Shown one piece after another: positions 1-8,229 of a stretch of DNA of 20,989 bases. Both the position numbers and the translations under genes were made by a program. The stretch is from Methanobacteriota archaeon (GTDB taxonomy: Archaea; Halobacteriota; Syntropharchaeia; Alkanophagales; Methanospirareceae), in NCBI GenBank assembly GCA_034660415.1, contig JAYEJE010000289.1, positions 1 through 20,989 on the forward strand. Reading direction: 5' to 3'. Below the pieces are notes generated by a model. That model was not told the DNA's origin and searched no databases. It was given only the letters and a program-made list of their open reading frames with translations. Each line of letters starts with the position of its first letter. Within the stretch, counting starts at the first letter, position 1.

Positions 1-557
1 CCGGAAATTATATTTGCTACATCGGAAATAGCATCTATCAACTCGTCTATATGTCCCTTATAGGCTGCAACTCCATCAATATCTATTTGTCCACCAAAAT
101 CGTCCACGATACCAGTTCGGTTATTTATAACTTTAGGTTTTCCTATTATATCACTCGAATTTATTTTTTTTCCAAACTCCCTAATTCTCAATTCGGAAAA
201 GGGCTCGAATGATAACTTCGGTAACTCTGTTACATCCCGAGACACTTTTCCATTTGGTTCAAACAGATAAGTTGCTTCTGTCTTGTATCCGTTAGCCTTT
301 TGTTTTAATTTACGTAACACATTTATCAAATCTTTTTTGTCTTTGAGTTTTTCCTCTGAAGCTCTGAACTCTTTACTTTTTCTTCTCTCCTTATACCATT
401 CGCGTTTTAAGGCAACGGGCCCAGGTAGCTCAACTTCAGCGATGAAGTTTATTAAGTTCCCCTCAATGAAGTCTATAATCCCTTCCGCTAAATCCTCTTT
501 TTCTAATCCAGGATATTGAGCTAGGATTCCAGAAATTGCTGAACTTATTCCATTCAT
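1..557 (-). CDS. hypothetical protein, 3'-partial (continues beyond window start)
   Basis: I translated this by hand. ATG at 557..555 (MNGISSAISGILAQYPGLEKEDLAEGIIDF...AAYKGHIDELIDAISDVANIIS) stays open for 185 codons down to position 1. It is absent from the ORF track only because no stop lies inside the window. Its ATG overlaps the TGA (556..554) of the upstream CDS as ATGA. It has no cysteines and I recognise no family. Confidence 0.55.
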   Translation of the reverse strand, partial: MNGISSAISGILAQYPGLEKEDLAEGIIDFIEGNLINFIAEVELPGPVALKREWYKERRKSKEFRASEEKLKDKKDLINVLRKLKQKANGYKTEATYLFEPNGKVSRDVTELPKLSFEPFSELRIREFGKKINSSDIIGKPKVINNRTGIVDDFGGQIDIDGVAAYKGHIDELIDAISDVANIIS

Positions 558-1444
558 ATTCTCTCCACTTCTTTTTGTAGCCCCTCTATGATTACTTCGC
601 CTATTTTTTTCTTAGCTTCCTGTGGGACCTCTATTCTTGGTTTCTCTGCTCTTCTCTCTGCCCGTAGTAGTAACCTAATTTCCCCGTAGTTTATAAAATA
701 TTTTCTCCATTTATGACCTAACTCTCCAATTATATCAGCCGATTTTTCATAGATGTCATCAAGGTCCGTACCTGAAAAAATCTTGTGTATCTGTTCTACA
801 TACTCCATTATCTCCTTTTCCTTTTCTTTTTTATCGTTCTCATCTCCCTCGATGTAGTCGTAGAGGAAGTAATCAGAATACCCGCTAAAGACCTTCATCA
901 GAAGATAAAACATCAAATCATCGGGATGAAAGCTGTGTGTGTTAATTACCCTTGAAATTTCTCCAACAATACCGTTAATTAAAGCGTTTCTTTCTTTTAA
1001 TAACAATTCTTTGTTTTCGTTTAGGTGCTGAAGTAACATTAATCTTGTTTCTTTTGTGAAATTTGGATTTTCTTTATATGTAGAAGATTCGACGCCAGTA
1101 AGCAGATATTTCCTAATATCGCTCTCGTAATTTAAATATTTCGCCCAGAGTTCCTTCTTTTCTATTTGATCCTTATATAGTAGCGACTGCAACTCTACAA
1201 GGAACTTTCTTCCTATTTCCTTGCATTTTTGTAGATTTCTTTCATCCACCGCCCTAATTCGCTCAAGTTCGGATGACACCTCCTTAAGAATGAAGCCAAC
1301 CATTATCAAATCATTCTTATTCCCTATCATTAAATCCGTTGCAATACGGTTTCCAATTATATTGATCAAATCAAATTCATCTTTTTTCAGTGCCTCGATA
1401 GCCGTTGCCATATCCTGATTTGTTATTTCAATTATCATATCCAT
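554..1444 (-). CDS. hypothetical protein (296 aa, Lys/Glu-rich, predicted helical)
   Basis: This is the longest ORF in an AT-rich stretch and starts with ATG. A TATA-like TTTTTAA lies about 35 nt upstream on the minus strand. Its stop overlaps the start of the next gene. No recognisable domain. There is one weak R-x4-H (RVINTH) motif. Confidence 0.6.
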   Translation of the reverse strand: MDMIIEITNQDMATAIEALKKDEFDLINIIGNRIATDLMIGNKNDLIMVGFILKEVSSELERIRAVDERNLQKCKEIGRKFLVELQSLLYKDQIEKKELWAKYLNYESDIRKYLLTGVESSTYKENPNFTKETRLMLLQHLNENKELLLKERNALINGIVGEISRVINTHSFHPDDLMFYLLMKVFSGYSDYFLYDYIEGDENDKKEKEKEIMEYVEQIHKIFSGTDLDDIYEKSADIIGELGHKWRKYFINYGEIRLLLRAERRAEKPRIEVPQEAKKKIGEVIIEGLQKEVERI

Positions 1445-1818
1445 AATTGTCTATTTTGTCTCGCACCTTAAAAATGTTTCGATATTTAGTATCTTATCTA
1501 CACATTTCTTTTATCTCTTTTTTAAGAAGCTATCTAGCCTGATAATAGAATAGACTCACAAGGTTGGTATTTATTTGGGCTCTTCGCTATTTTGTAGGGG
1601 TAACTCAATAACCCTACTATCCGCGGAAGCGGATTACATGAGGAGGGTGTTGAATACTGAGCATCCGTAGTTATTAAATAGTATCGCGTGATGATTGGTA
1701 AACTTAGTGTGGGGATATCAGGTCTATAAAAACATCTATAACCTGAACAGTATTCGCCTCCCAAGAATATCCCGCCCTGAAGCCGCGTTCACTCGCACCA
1801 TGGTAAACCCCTAAGGGC

Positions 1819-1896
1819 TCAGGCAAAAACCTTTTTCAAAGCCTCTTCAAACCTCTCCATACCCGTATCCGCCTCCTTGGTGATGACGAGCGGCGG
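1819..1896 (-). pseudogene. relic of a class-III aminotransferase 3' end (paralogue of CDS 4252..5541)
   Basis: The minus-strand translation PPLVITKEADTGMERFEEALKKVFA* aligns with the C-terminus of the intact gene (PPLVITKAEADTGLDRFEGAFKKVFA*). The nucleotide match starts at the stop codon (tcaggcaaaaaccttttt at both 1819 and 4252). No similarity continues 5' of 1896. Confidence 0.65.
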
Positions 1897-1952
1897 GCAG
1901 GCACAGTGATCAAGTAAAGTTCGCGGGAAAATGAGGACTGGAGAGCTTTTTG

Positions 1953-1991
1953 AAAAAAAAAAACGAAAACGTCGAAAAACTACCAAAAAAA
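1953..1991 (-). terminator. oligo-T tracts downstream of alba
   Basis: On the minus strand a T7 run (1985..1991) and a T11 run (1953..1963) lie 54-92 nt after the alba stop. Archaeal termination typically uses oligo-T signals. Confidence 0.4.
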
Positions 1992-2044
1992 GAAGAGGCT
2001 GATTATACTCTCATATACCGCCTTGGATAGACATTCTAATAACT

Positions 2045-2311
2045 TTACGCTTTTGCTTTCAATGTTATTTCCAGCGAAGAGACGTTTATCTTATCTTCCT
2101 CTCCCCCTACTAGCTGCTCTGTCCCCCTCTTTATGTCCTTCACGGCTACTCCCTGCATGAACTTAATCCTTACTACCTCTGCTGTATCCACGGCCCGTGA
2201 GATCGCTCTACCTCTCGCTTTGATTAATACCTCATCTCTCAAGCCAGTGTTAAACTGCGTCACTACGGCCAGGACATAACTCATAACTGGCTTATTTCCG
2301 ATATAAATCAC
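2045..2311 (-). CDS. albA: Alba family chromatin/RNA-binding protein
   Basis: [18 protein letters not shown]...[22 protein letters not shown] matches the conserved Alba core (KPVMNYV...[13 protein letters not shown]). The only in-frame start after the upstream TAA is GTG at 2311. Confidence 0.9.
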   Translation of the reverse strand: MIYIGNKPVMSYVLAVVTQFNTGLRDEVLIKARGRAISRAVDTAEVVRIKFMQGVAVKDIKRGTEQLVGGEEDKINVSSLEITLKAKA

Positions 2312-2376
2312 TGGGTTTTTAGACAGTGCCGACCCAAGTAAAAATGATTGCCGGTTTTCAGCTTTTGTGTGGTAAC

Positions 2377-2386
2377 TTATATATAA
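2377..2386. promoter_or_regulatory. palindromic TATA-like element (TTATATATAA) in the alba/TRAM divergent intergenic region
   Basis: A perfect AT palindrome sits about 66 nt upstream of the alba start. It could seed transcription in either direction. Its position relative to the TRAM gene start (about 120 nt) is less convincing. Confidence 0.3.
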
Positions 2387-2504
2387 GAAAAGGCTATAGT
2401 AGTAAGTGAGTGGTAACGAGAAATAAGCGACTTTTTTTCATAAAGAAAGCAATTTTTTTCTTTTGTATCACGAACTAAAAAACGAAAAAGAGGTTTGGAA
2501 AAGT

Positions 2505-2723
2505 ATGGAATATAGTGGAGAAAGAAGGGGATTTGATTCCCCTATAGAGGTTGGTAAGACCTACGACGTAAAGATAGAGGAAGTAGGTAGAGAAGGCGAT
2601 GGAATAGCTCGAGTTGAGGGTTTTGTTGTTTTTGTACCCAACACGAAAAAAGAGGATAGTGTGAAAATACGGGTAAATAAGGTATCGAGAAGAGTTGGAT
2701 TTGCAGATGTAGTTGTGGAATGA
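2505..2723 (+). CDS. TRAM domain protein (small OB-fold RNA-binding/RNA chaperone type)
   Basis: PIEVGKTYDVKIEEVGREGDGIARVEGFVVFVPNTKKEDSVKIRVNKVSRRVGFADVV is a typical stand-alone archaeal TRAM domain. I prefer ATG 2505, which is preceded by AAGAGGT about 10 nt upstream, over the TTG at 2463 used by the ORF track. Confidence 0.8.
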   Translation: MEYSGERRGFDSPIEVGKTYDVKIEEVGREGDGIARVEGFVVFVPNTKKEDSVKIRVNKVSRRVGFADVVVE

Positions 2724-2755
2724 AGGTTCATTACGCTTCTGATATAAACATTTCC

Positions 2756-2795
2756 AAAGCTATAGCGTTCCTATAGCTTTCTCTTTTATTTTTTT
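2756..2795 (+). terminator. hairpin plus T-tract between convergent TRAM and RNase J genes
   Basis: A perfect 10-bp stem, aaagctatag (2756..2765) / ctatagcttt (2771..2780), has a 5-nt loop. It is followed by ctcttttattttttt, including a T7 run at 2789..2795. Confidence 0.5.
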
Positions 2796-2848
2796 GTTGA
2801 GCCACGCCACATAGCCACCTATAGATAGAGTACCCCTAAAACACACGA

Positions 2849-4138
2849 TTAAATTTCCAATACTTTGCTGTTGTGCATCAAATGTACGTTCTTACCCACA
2901 TCATATCCCTCTTCACTCGCGAGTTCAGCATAGGCTGCGAGTTTCTCAATCTCACCGTGACTGGGTATTATGTTTTCCGGCTGCAGCATCCTGATTAAGT
3001 CCCGATGGTCCTCTCTCCGAGCGTGACCGCTAACGTGGGCATCCTTATAGATGCGCACGCCGTGCGTACGTAACCTGCGCTCGAGTATTTCGCGGTGCGC
3101 TATATTTATTGGTGAGGGTATTGTCTCCGAAGCGAATATAACCTTCGTGTTGTTGGTAAGCGGCAGTGGACTATCAATCGCTAATCTTGATAGAACAGCG
3201 TTTGGTTCACCCTGGTTGCCTGTGGCCAGGAAAACGTATTCCCGGCTGGTATCGTTCTCACTCACCTGTGCTAAAAACTTACTGACTTTCGGGTACCGAT
3301 CAATAAACCGGACAGTATCCGGAAGCGTGATGATCCCGAGTTTCGCCGCGGTCGAGACATAAAACTTGAGTGAGCGACCGAGGAATACGGGTTTTCGTCC
3401 CATTTTCTTGGCGAATTCGCAGATACTGTGAATCCGCGCGATATGCGAAGAGAACGAGGCAAGAAAGTACGTTGACTCATCAGGTACCATTAGGTCTTTG
3501 AGCAGCTCGCGAGCCACCGACTCAGAGGCAGACTTCCCCCCTTCTTGAACACGCACGCTCTCGCAAATGAGTAGTTTCACACCTTCCTTACCCAGCTTTT
3601 TTAGCTTCGAGTAATCCGTTTTTGTATCCAGTATTGGATAGTTGTCGAACTTGAAATCATTCGCATACACTATGCTCCCCTCCGGCGTGCGAACCGCAGC
3701 GATTGTCGAATGGGGAATGGAGTGGGTCACGTGGACCAATTCTAAGGCAAAATTGGGTGATATATCGAGTACCTCTCCTGGGTTGAGTGTCACGAGTTCC
3801 TGGTTCTTTGTCATGCCCCTGATAAGTTCGATCGTGTATTGCGTACCAATAATTGGGCACTGATACGTGCTCGCGAGTCGATCGACCGCGCCAATGTGAT
3901 CTAGGTGCCCGTGACTGCAAACTATCGCGACCACATCCTTCTTTGGAATCACGGAGTCATCGGGTATCACACCCATGGCAATGAGTTGCTTCGTAGTGTA
4001 GGACTCTTGCCCTTCTTCGCCATCTTGCAGCTTATCGAGACACAACCCCATATCAAAGATCAAAACTTCGTTACCGACCCGCACCGCGGTCATGTTTCGA
4101 CCAACTTCTTCGTATCCACCAACCGCTATTACTTCCAT
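2849..4138 (-). CDS. rnj: archaeal RNase J (metallo-beta-lactamase / beta-CASP ribonuclease)
   Basis: N-terminal VIAVGGYEEVGRNMTAV and the MBL motif SHGHLDHIGA. Length is about 430 aa. C-terminal HVSGHA...HGE matches the beta-CASP motifs of archaeal RNase J. Confidence 0.85.
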   Translation of the reverse strand: MEVIAVGGYEEVGRNMTAVRVGNEVLIFDMGLCLDKLQDGEEGQESYTTKQLIAMGVIPDDSVIPKKDVVAIVCSHGHLDHIGAVDRLASTYQCPIIGTQYTIELIRGMTKNQELVTLNPGEVLDISPNFALELVHVTHSIPHSTIAAVRTPEGSIVYANDFKFDNYPILDTKTDYSKLKKLGKEGVKLLICESVRVQEGGKSASESVARELLKDLMVPDESTYFLASFSSHIARIHSICEFAKKMGRKPVFLGRSLKFYVSTAAKLGIITLPDTVRFIDRYPKVSKFLAQVSENDTSREYVFLATGNQGEPNAVLSRLAIDSPLPLTNNTKVIFASETIPSPINIAHREILERRLRTHGVRIYKDAHVSGHARREDHRDLIRMLQPENIIPSHGEIEKLAAYAELASEEGYDVGKNVHLMHNSKVLEI

Positions 4139-4251
4139 GTTATTATGTTTACTCTAAGCTTTACTTGAATAAAATACTATAGCAGCAAATGAAATAACTC
4201 AGGTGCAAAGCCCTTAACCACATCGGTGCTATCATGCGAACCTCGAAGAAC

Positions 4252-5541
4252 TCAGGCAAAAACCTTTTTAAAAGCCCCCTCGAACCGGTCTAGACCCGTA
4301 TCCGCCTCCGCCTTTGTTATGACAAGAGGCGGTGAAAAACGTATGGCTGAGTCGCCGCATGGCAGCAGTACGATACCCTCCTTGAACCCTTCAACCACAA
4401 TCCTGTCCCTGGTATCCGGGTCTATGGACCCATCAGGCTTTACAATCTCGACCCCTATCATCAGACCCAATCCCCGCACATCACCGATAGCAGGATACTT
4501 AGATTGCATCTCTCGCAGCCGCAACATTAAATGATCTCCCAGTTGTTTAGCTCGGGCTCCAATATCTTCCCTCTCCATGAAATTCAAAGCAGCAAGTGAC
4601 GCAGCCGAAGCTAACAGGTTTCCGCCGAAAGTGTTGGAATGGGTGCCTGGCGGCCAGTCCATTATAGAACTACTGGAAAGAGTTGCCCCTAAGGGAAGAC
4701 CACCTCCCAAAGCCTTTGCCATACATACAATATCAGCCCTTACGCCGAAGTTTTCCATTGCCATGAACGTACCTGTGCGATAGCAGCCTGCCTGCACCTC
4801 GTCAGCCACCATCAGAATGCCATTGTCGTCACATATCCGCCTGATCTCATGGTGGAATTCCGCAGGCGGAACAATATAGCCGCCCTCGCCCAGTATAGGT
4901 TCCACTACTATGGCGGCAATATCTTTAGGGCTTAATTCTTTCTTAAAAATCAATGTCTCGATCTGCCTAGCACATTCAATACCACAGCCAGGATATTCCA
5001 GGTGTAGTGGACACCGGTAGCAATAGCCGTAATGGGCATGTACTGCCCTGATGGTCGGAAAGTGTTCCTTATGCTTGACCGTTGAACACGTCAGGGAAAG
5101 TGAACCTAATGTCCTGCCATGAAAGGCACCGTAAAAGCCCAACACAGTCTGTCTGTGCAGTTTCCACATTGCCAGTTTGATGGCGGCCTCAACAGACTCG
5201 GTACCGCTGTTACTGAAGAACACGCGGTCATATCCGGTCAACTGCTTGAGTTTTTCCGCAAGTCGGACAGGAGGGTCGGCAAAGAAGTCTGTGAAAGCGC
5301 AGTGTGCCATCTTTTCCATCTGAGCAGTTACGGCAGTCGAAACCTCAGGGTTTGAATGGCCGACGTTCATCACTGCGATGCCAGCGACAAAGTCTATGTA
5401 CGTTTTCCCTTCCACATCTGTAATGGTAGCTCCTCTGGCTCTGTCCATTACCAGCGGATATGGACGCGACATACACGATGACATTATATTACAGTCACGG
5501 TAAATGATCTCCTTTGCTCGTGGGCCAGGCGGTTCTATCAT
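4252..5541 (-). CDS. class-III PLP-dependent aminotransferase (4-aminobutyrate / acetylornithine aminotransferase family)
   Basis: PGPRAKEII...YPLVMDRARGATITDVEGKTYIDF, FFSNSGTESVEAAIKLA, LMVADEVQAGCYRTG and CMAKALGGGLPLGA (PLP lysine region) are class-III aminotransferase signatures. Confidence 0.85.
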   Translation of the reverse strand: MIEPPGPRAKEIIYRDCNIMSSCMSRPYPLVMDRARGATITDVEGKTYIDFVAGIAVMNVGHSNPEVSTAVTAQMEKMAHCAFTDFFADPPVRLAEKLKQLTGYDRVFFSNSGTESVEAAIKLAMWKLHRQTVLGFYGAFHGRTLGSLSLTCSTVKHKEHFPTIRAVHAHYGYCYRCPLHLEYPGCGIECARQIETLIFKKELSPKDIAAIVVEPILGEGGYIVPPAEFHHEIRRICDDNGILMVADEVQAGCYRTGTFMAMENFGVRADIVCMAKALGGGLPLGATLSSSSIMDWPPGTHSNTFGGNLLASAASLAALNFMEREDIGARAKQLGDHLMLRLREMQSKYPAIGDVRGLGLMIGVEIVKPDGSIDPDTRDRIVVEGFKEGIVLLPCGDSAIRFSPPLVITKAEADTGLDRFEGAFKKVFA

Positions 5542-5563
5542 GTTTTTTTTCTTCCTAATTAAT

Positions 5564-5710
5564 CTATCTGCGCTTTCTGGAGCTTACCGCTATAATCGAA
5601 AAGAATACAGGAATCAGGGAAACCACAGGACCGAATATCTCATCCTGGGCTATGCGCATGTCAGGTCCAACGTCTGTGAAGATGGTGGGTTCAAAGAAAT
5701 AATCTTGCAT
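5564..5710 (-). pseudogene. relic of an aldehyde dehydrogenase (ALDH superfamily) core
   Basis: A 48-codon minus-strand ORF reads [36 protein letters not shown].... This matches the ALDH block G-x-F-x-x-PT-x-F-x-DV-x(3)-M-x-I-x-x-EEIFGPV that lies C-terminal to the catalytic Cys. About 375 N-terminal codons and the C-terminal region are missing. An in-frame TGA lies 2 codons upstream of the ATG. Confidence 0.6.
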
Positions 5711-5784
5711 AATGATTCATCAATAAGCATAAAGGAGTATAATAACTTTTCGGATTTTTACATGAACGAATATTTGATGGAGCT

Positions 5785-7458
5785 CTAGTCCGTCCTCTGC
5801 CACAAACCTTTCTCTTTAAGCTTTTCAATCACCTCTCTCTTTCGCACAAACTCCACGGTTCTGAGCTCTTTACGCTTAATTTTACCACTAATAGTTTTTG
5901 GGAGCTCGTTAACAAATTCAATCTCTCTAGGATACTTATATGGTGCAGTTATCCGTTTGACATGCTGCTGAATATCCGTGATAAGTTTTTCTGATGGTTC
6001 GTGTCCCTCCTTTAAGACAACAAAAACCTTAACAATCTCCCCTCTTACGGGGTCAGGGCTTGGAATCATCGCACATTCAAGCACTGCCTCATGCGAATCA
6101 ACTGCACTTTCAACCTCAAATGGACCGATTCTGTATCCTGAACTTATACATACGTCATCAGCCCTTGAGTCAAACCATATGTATCCCGCCTCATCCATCA
6201 CTGCGAGGTCTCCAGTTAAATACCAATTGCCAACGAAGCATTCAGCGGTTTTTTCTGGTTTATTATGATATCCTTTGAACAGCATCGGATGATCCTTAAC
6301 AACAGCAATCATTCCTGTCTCGCCTATTGGCACTCGTTCTCCTGTCTCAGGATCCACAATTGCACCCTCAACCCCTGGTGTAAACCTACCCATCGATCCA
6401 GGCTTTATCTCCATTCCCGGTAGATTGCATGCAACAACACAAGTTTCTGTCTGGCCATAACCTTCTCTAACAGATACACCAAGCTTCTCATCGAAGAATC
6501 TAATAATGCCGGGTGTGCAGGGCTCTCCAGCAGTTAAAATGACCTTCAAGTCATTCAAATCGTATCTTTTGTCTGCATCATCAACTGTTGCCATAGCCCT
6601 GAGTTCCGTTGGCGTCATACATGCCCTGTTTATCCGCCATCTATCAAGCAGCTCAAACCATTTTTCTGGTTCAAATCTGCCGCTGTAATGGAAATTTGTA
6701 GCGCCGGCATTTACAATAGTCCCAAATGGCGACCAATACCATTTAACCCATCCTGGTTCTGTTGTTGCCCAGCAGAGCTCGTCTGATTGCGTATCCCACC
6801 AATAATATCTATTCAGCCTCTCGAAACAGTACATCAATGAATGGGTGTGTAACACCCCTTTTGGTGCGCCTGTAGTCCCTGAAGTGTAGTTGACGGTTAA
6901 GGGATCACTTTTTTTGGTTTTTTCAAGCGTTAGAGTTCTTGATGCCGAATTGACCTCCTGCCGGAAGTCCCGCCATCCCTCTCTCTGACCTGAAAAGAAA
7001 AGGGTTTCAATTGAAATTCTATCTTTTATTGCATCTATCTCATCAGCAACCGTTGAATCACTTGTAATTAAAGCCTTGACCCCTGCATCTAAAATCCTAT
7101 ATTCTATATCTGCTCTCCTGAGCATTATTGTACCAGGAACAACAACGCCGCCTAGTGCCCAAATACCGATGCTTACAGTATAAACATCCGTTCCCCTCGG
7201 TAGTATTACCAAAACCCGATCACTTTTGTGGATGCCGGAATCTCTCAAGACGTTTCCAAATCTCATGGCACTGTTCCATACTTCCCAGTATCCTGCTTTC
7301 TCAACCTTCCCGTCTTGATGCTCAGTAATTGCCATCAACTTTGTTCTATCGTCTGCCCGTCTTCTAATAACATCAACAAAATTGTAGTCTTCAGGAATAT
7401 CCCATTTGAACTTCTTTCTTTCCTCGTCATAATCAAATGCGGCTATTTCTTTCCCCAT
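5785..7458 (-). CDS. AMP-dependent acyl-CoA synthetase/ligase (medium-chain ACS-like)
   Basis: Adenylate-forming motifs YTSGTTGAPKGV, EGYGQTE, YLTGDLAVMDEAGYIWFDSRADDVCISSGYRIGPFEVESA and the C-terminal PKTISGKIKRKELR. Confidence 0.85.
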   Translation of the reverse strand: MGKEIAAFDYDEERKKFKWDIPEDYNFVDVIRRRADDRTKLMAITEHQDGKVEKAGYWEVWNSAMRFGNVLRDSGIHKSDRVLVILPRGTDVYTVSIGIWALGGVVVPGTIMLRRADIEYRILDAGVKALITSDSTVADEIDAIKDRISIETLFFSGQREGWRDFRQEVNSASRTLTLEKTKKSDPLTVNYTSGTTGAPKGVLHTHSLMYCFERLNRYYWWDTQSDELCWATTEPGWVKWYWSPFGTIVNAGATNFHYSGRFEPEKWFELLDRWRINRACMTPTELRAMATVDDADKRYDLNDLKVILTAGEPCTPGIIRFFDEKLGVSVREGYGQTETCVVACNLPGMEIKPGSMGRFTPGVEGAIVDPETGERVPIGETGMIAVVKDHPMLFKGYHNKPEKTAECFVGNWYLTGDLAVMDEAGYIWFDSRADDVCISSGYRIGPFEVESAVDSHEAVLECAMIPSPDPVRGEIVKVFVVLKEGHEPSEKLITDIQQHVKRITAPYKYPREIEFVNELPKTISGKIKRKELRTVEFVRKREVIEKLKEKGLWQRTD

Positions 7459-7476
7459 TTTTCCTGTATCTCAAAA

Positions 7477-8190
7477 TTATGATTTTAATTCCTCTAAAAC
7501 CCTATCAGGATAGTCACTGCTTATTATGTCAACACCTAATTCCTTCATCTTCTCTATATCTTCTATCTCATTCACTGTCCATACATTGACTCCAATGTCA
7601 TTTTTGTGGCATTCCTCTATGACTTCCTCATCTACGAATTTGTGTTTCAGGCAGAGTAATTCTGATTGAGCTGCTTTTACTATCGATACTGTATCCACTG
7701 CTCTGCCAACAAAGATAGTTCCGGTTTTTATTTCAGGTTCTATCTCTTTACTCCTCTTCAATACATTGTGCCAAAAAGAAACTATAATGACTTTATTGTT
7801 CAACCCTTCTTCCTTTACAATCTTTAATATCCCTTCCAAGGTATCTGGTTCCTTTATCTCAATTGCAATCCTTTGCTTTCCTTTCTTCAATAAATCTACT
7901 GCTTCCTCCAGGGATGGAATCTTCTCGCCTTTTCCAGCATCTAGTTTCCTTATCTCCTCAAAGGTAAGGTCCCTTACGTAGCCGTTATCATTTGTTGTTC
8001 TGTCCACCTTATCATCATGTATAACTACCAATTTCTTATCCCTGCTCATCCTCACATCCAGTTCGATAAAATCCACACCTAAATTCATTGCTCTCTTAAA
8101 AGCCCTCATCGTGTTCTCAGGCTCTATGCCTGCACAGCCTCTGTGACCCAAAACTTTTACCATAAATTTATACTCGTTATGATACCACAT
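7477..8190 (-). CDS. glycerophosphodiester phosphodiesterase (GDPD family)
   Basis: VLGHRGCAGIEPENTMRAFKRAMNLGVDFIELDVRMSRDKKLVVIHDDKVDRTT is the GDPD signature. A TATA-like ATATTTAAA (8211..8219, minus strand) lies 21-29 nt upstream of ATG 8190, which is compatible with a leaderless start. ATG 8163 is an alternative start. Confidence 0.8.
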   Translation of the reverse strand: MWYHNEYKFMVKVLGHRGCAGIEPENTMRAFKRAMNLGVDFIELDVRMSRDKKLVVIHDDKVDRTTNDNGYVRDLTFEEIRKLDAGKGEKIPSLEEAVDLLKKGKQRIAIEIKEPDTLEGILKIVKEEGLNNKVIIVSFWHNVLKRSKEIEPEIKTGTIFVGRAVDTVSIVKAAQSELLCLKHKFVDEEVIEECHKNDIGVNVWTVNEIEDIEKMKELGVDIISSDYPDRVLEELKS

Positions 8191-8229
8191 ATAATGCTGG
8201 AGAATAAACCTTTAAATATGTAAAGTCGG

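Noticed and set aside
1686-1750. A possible C/D-box sRNA on the plus strand: GUGAUGA at about 1688..1694 and CUGA at about 1743..1746, roughly 55 nt apart.
   Set aside because: There are no credible internal D' and C' boxes at the expected 12-nt spacing and no terminal stem. The two short motifs are expected by chance in AT-rich sequence.
1534-1764. A 76-aa minus-strand ORF in the noncoding block.
   Set aside because: It has no start context and an odd composition, and it spans the GGAA hairpin. I recognise nothing in it, so I treat the region as noncoding.
1534-1800. SRP RNA or RNase P RNA candidate, considered because of the GGAA tetraloop hairpin.
   Set aside because: The region lacks the conserved SRP helix-8 context and the RNase P universal motifs. 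It is also far more AT-rich than known archaeal versions.
5504-5788. A 94-aa plus-strand ORF filling the aminotransferase / acyl-CoA synthetase gap.
   Set aside because: It has no recognisable features. The opposite strand of the same region carries a clear ALDH-motif relic, which explains the absence of stops better.
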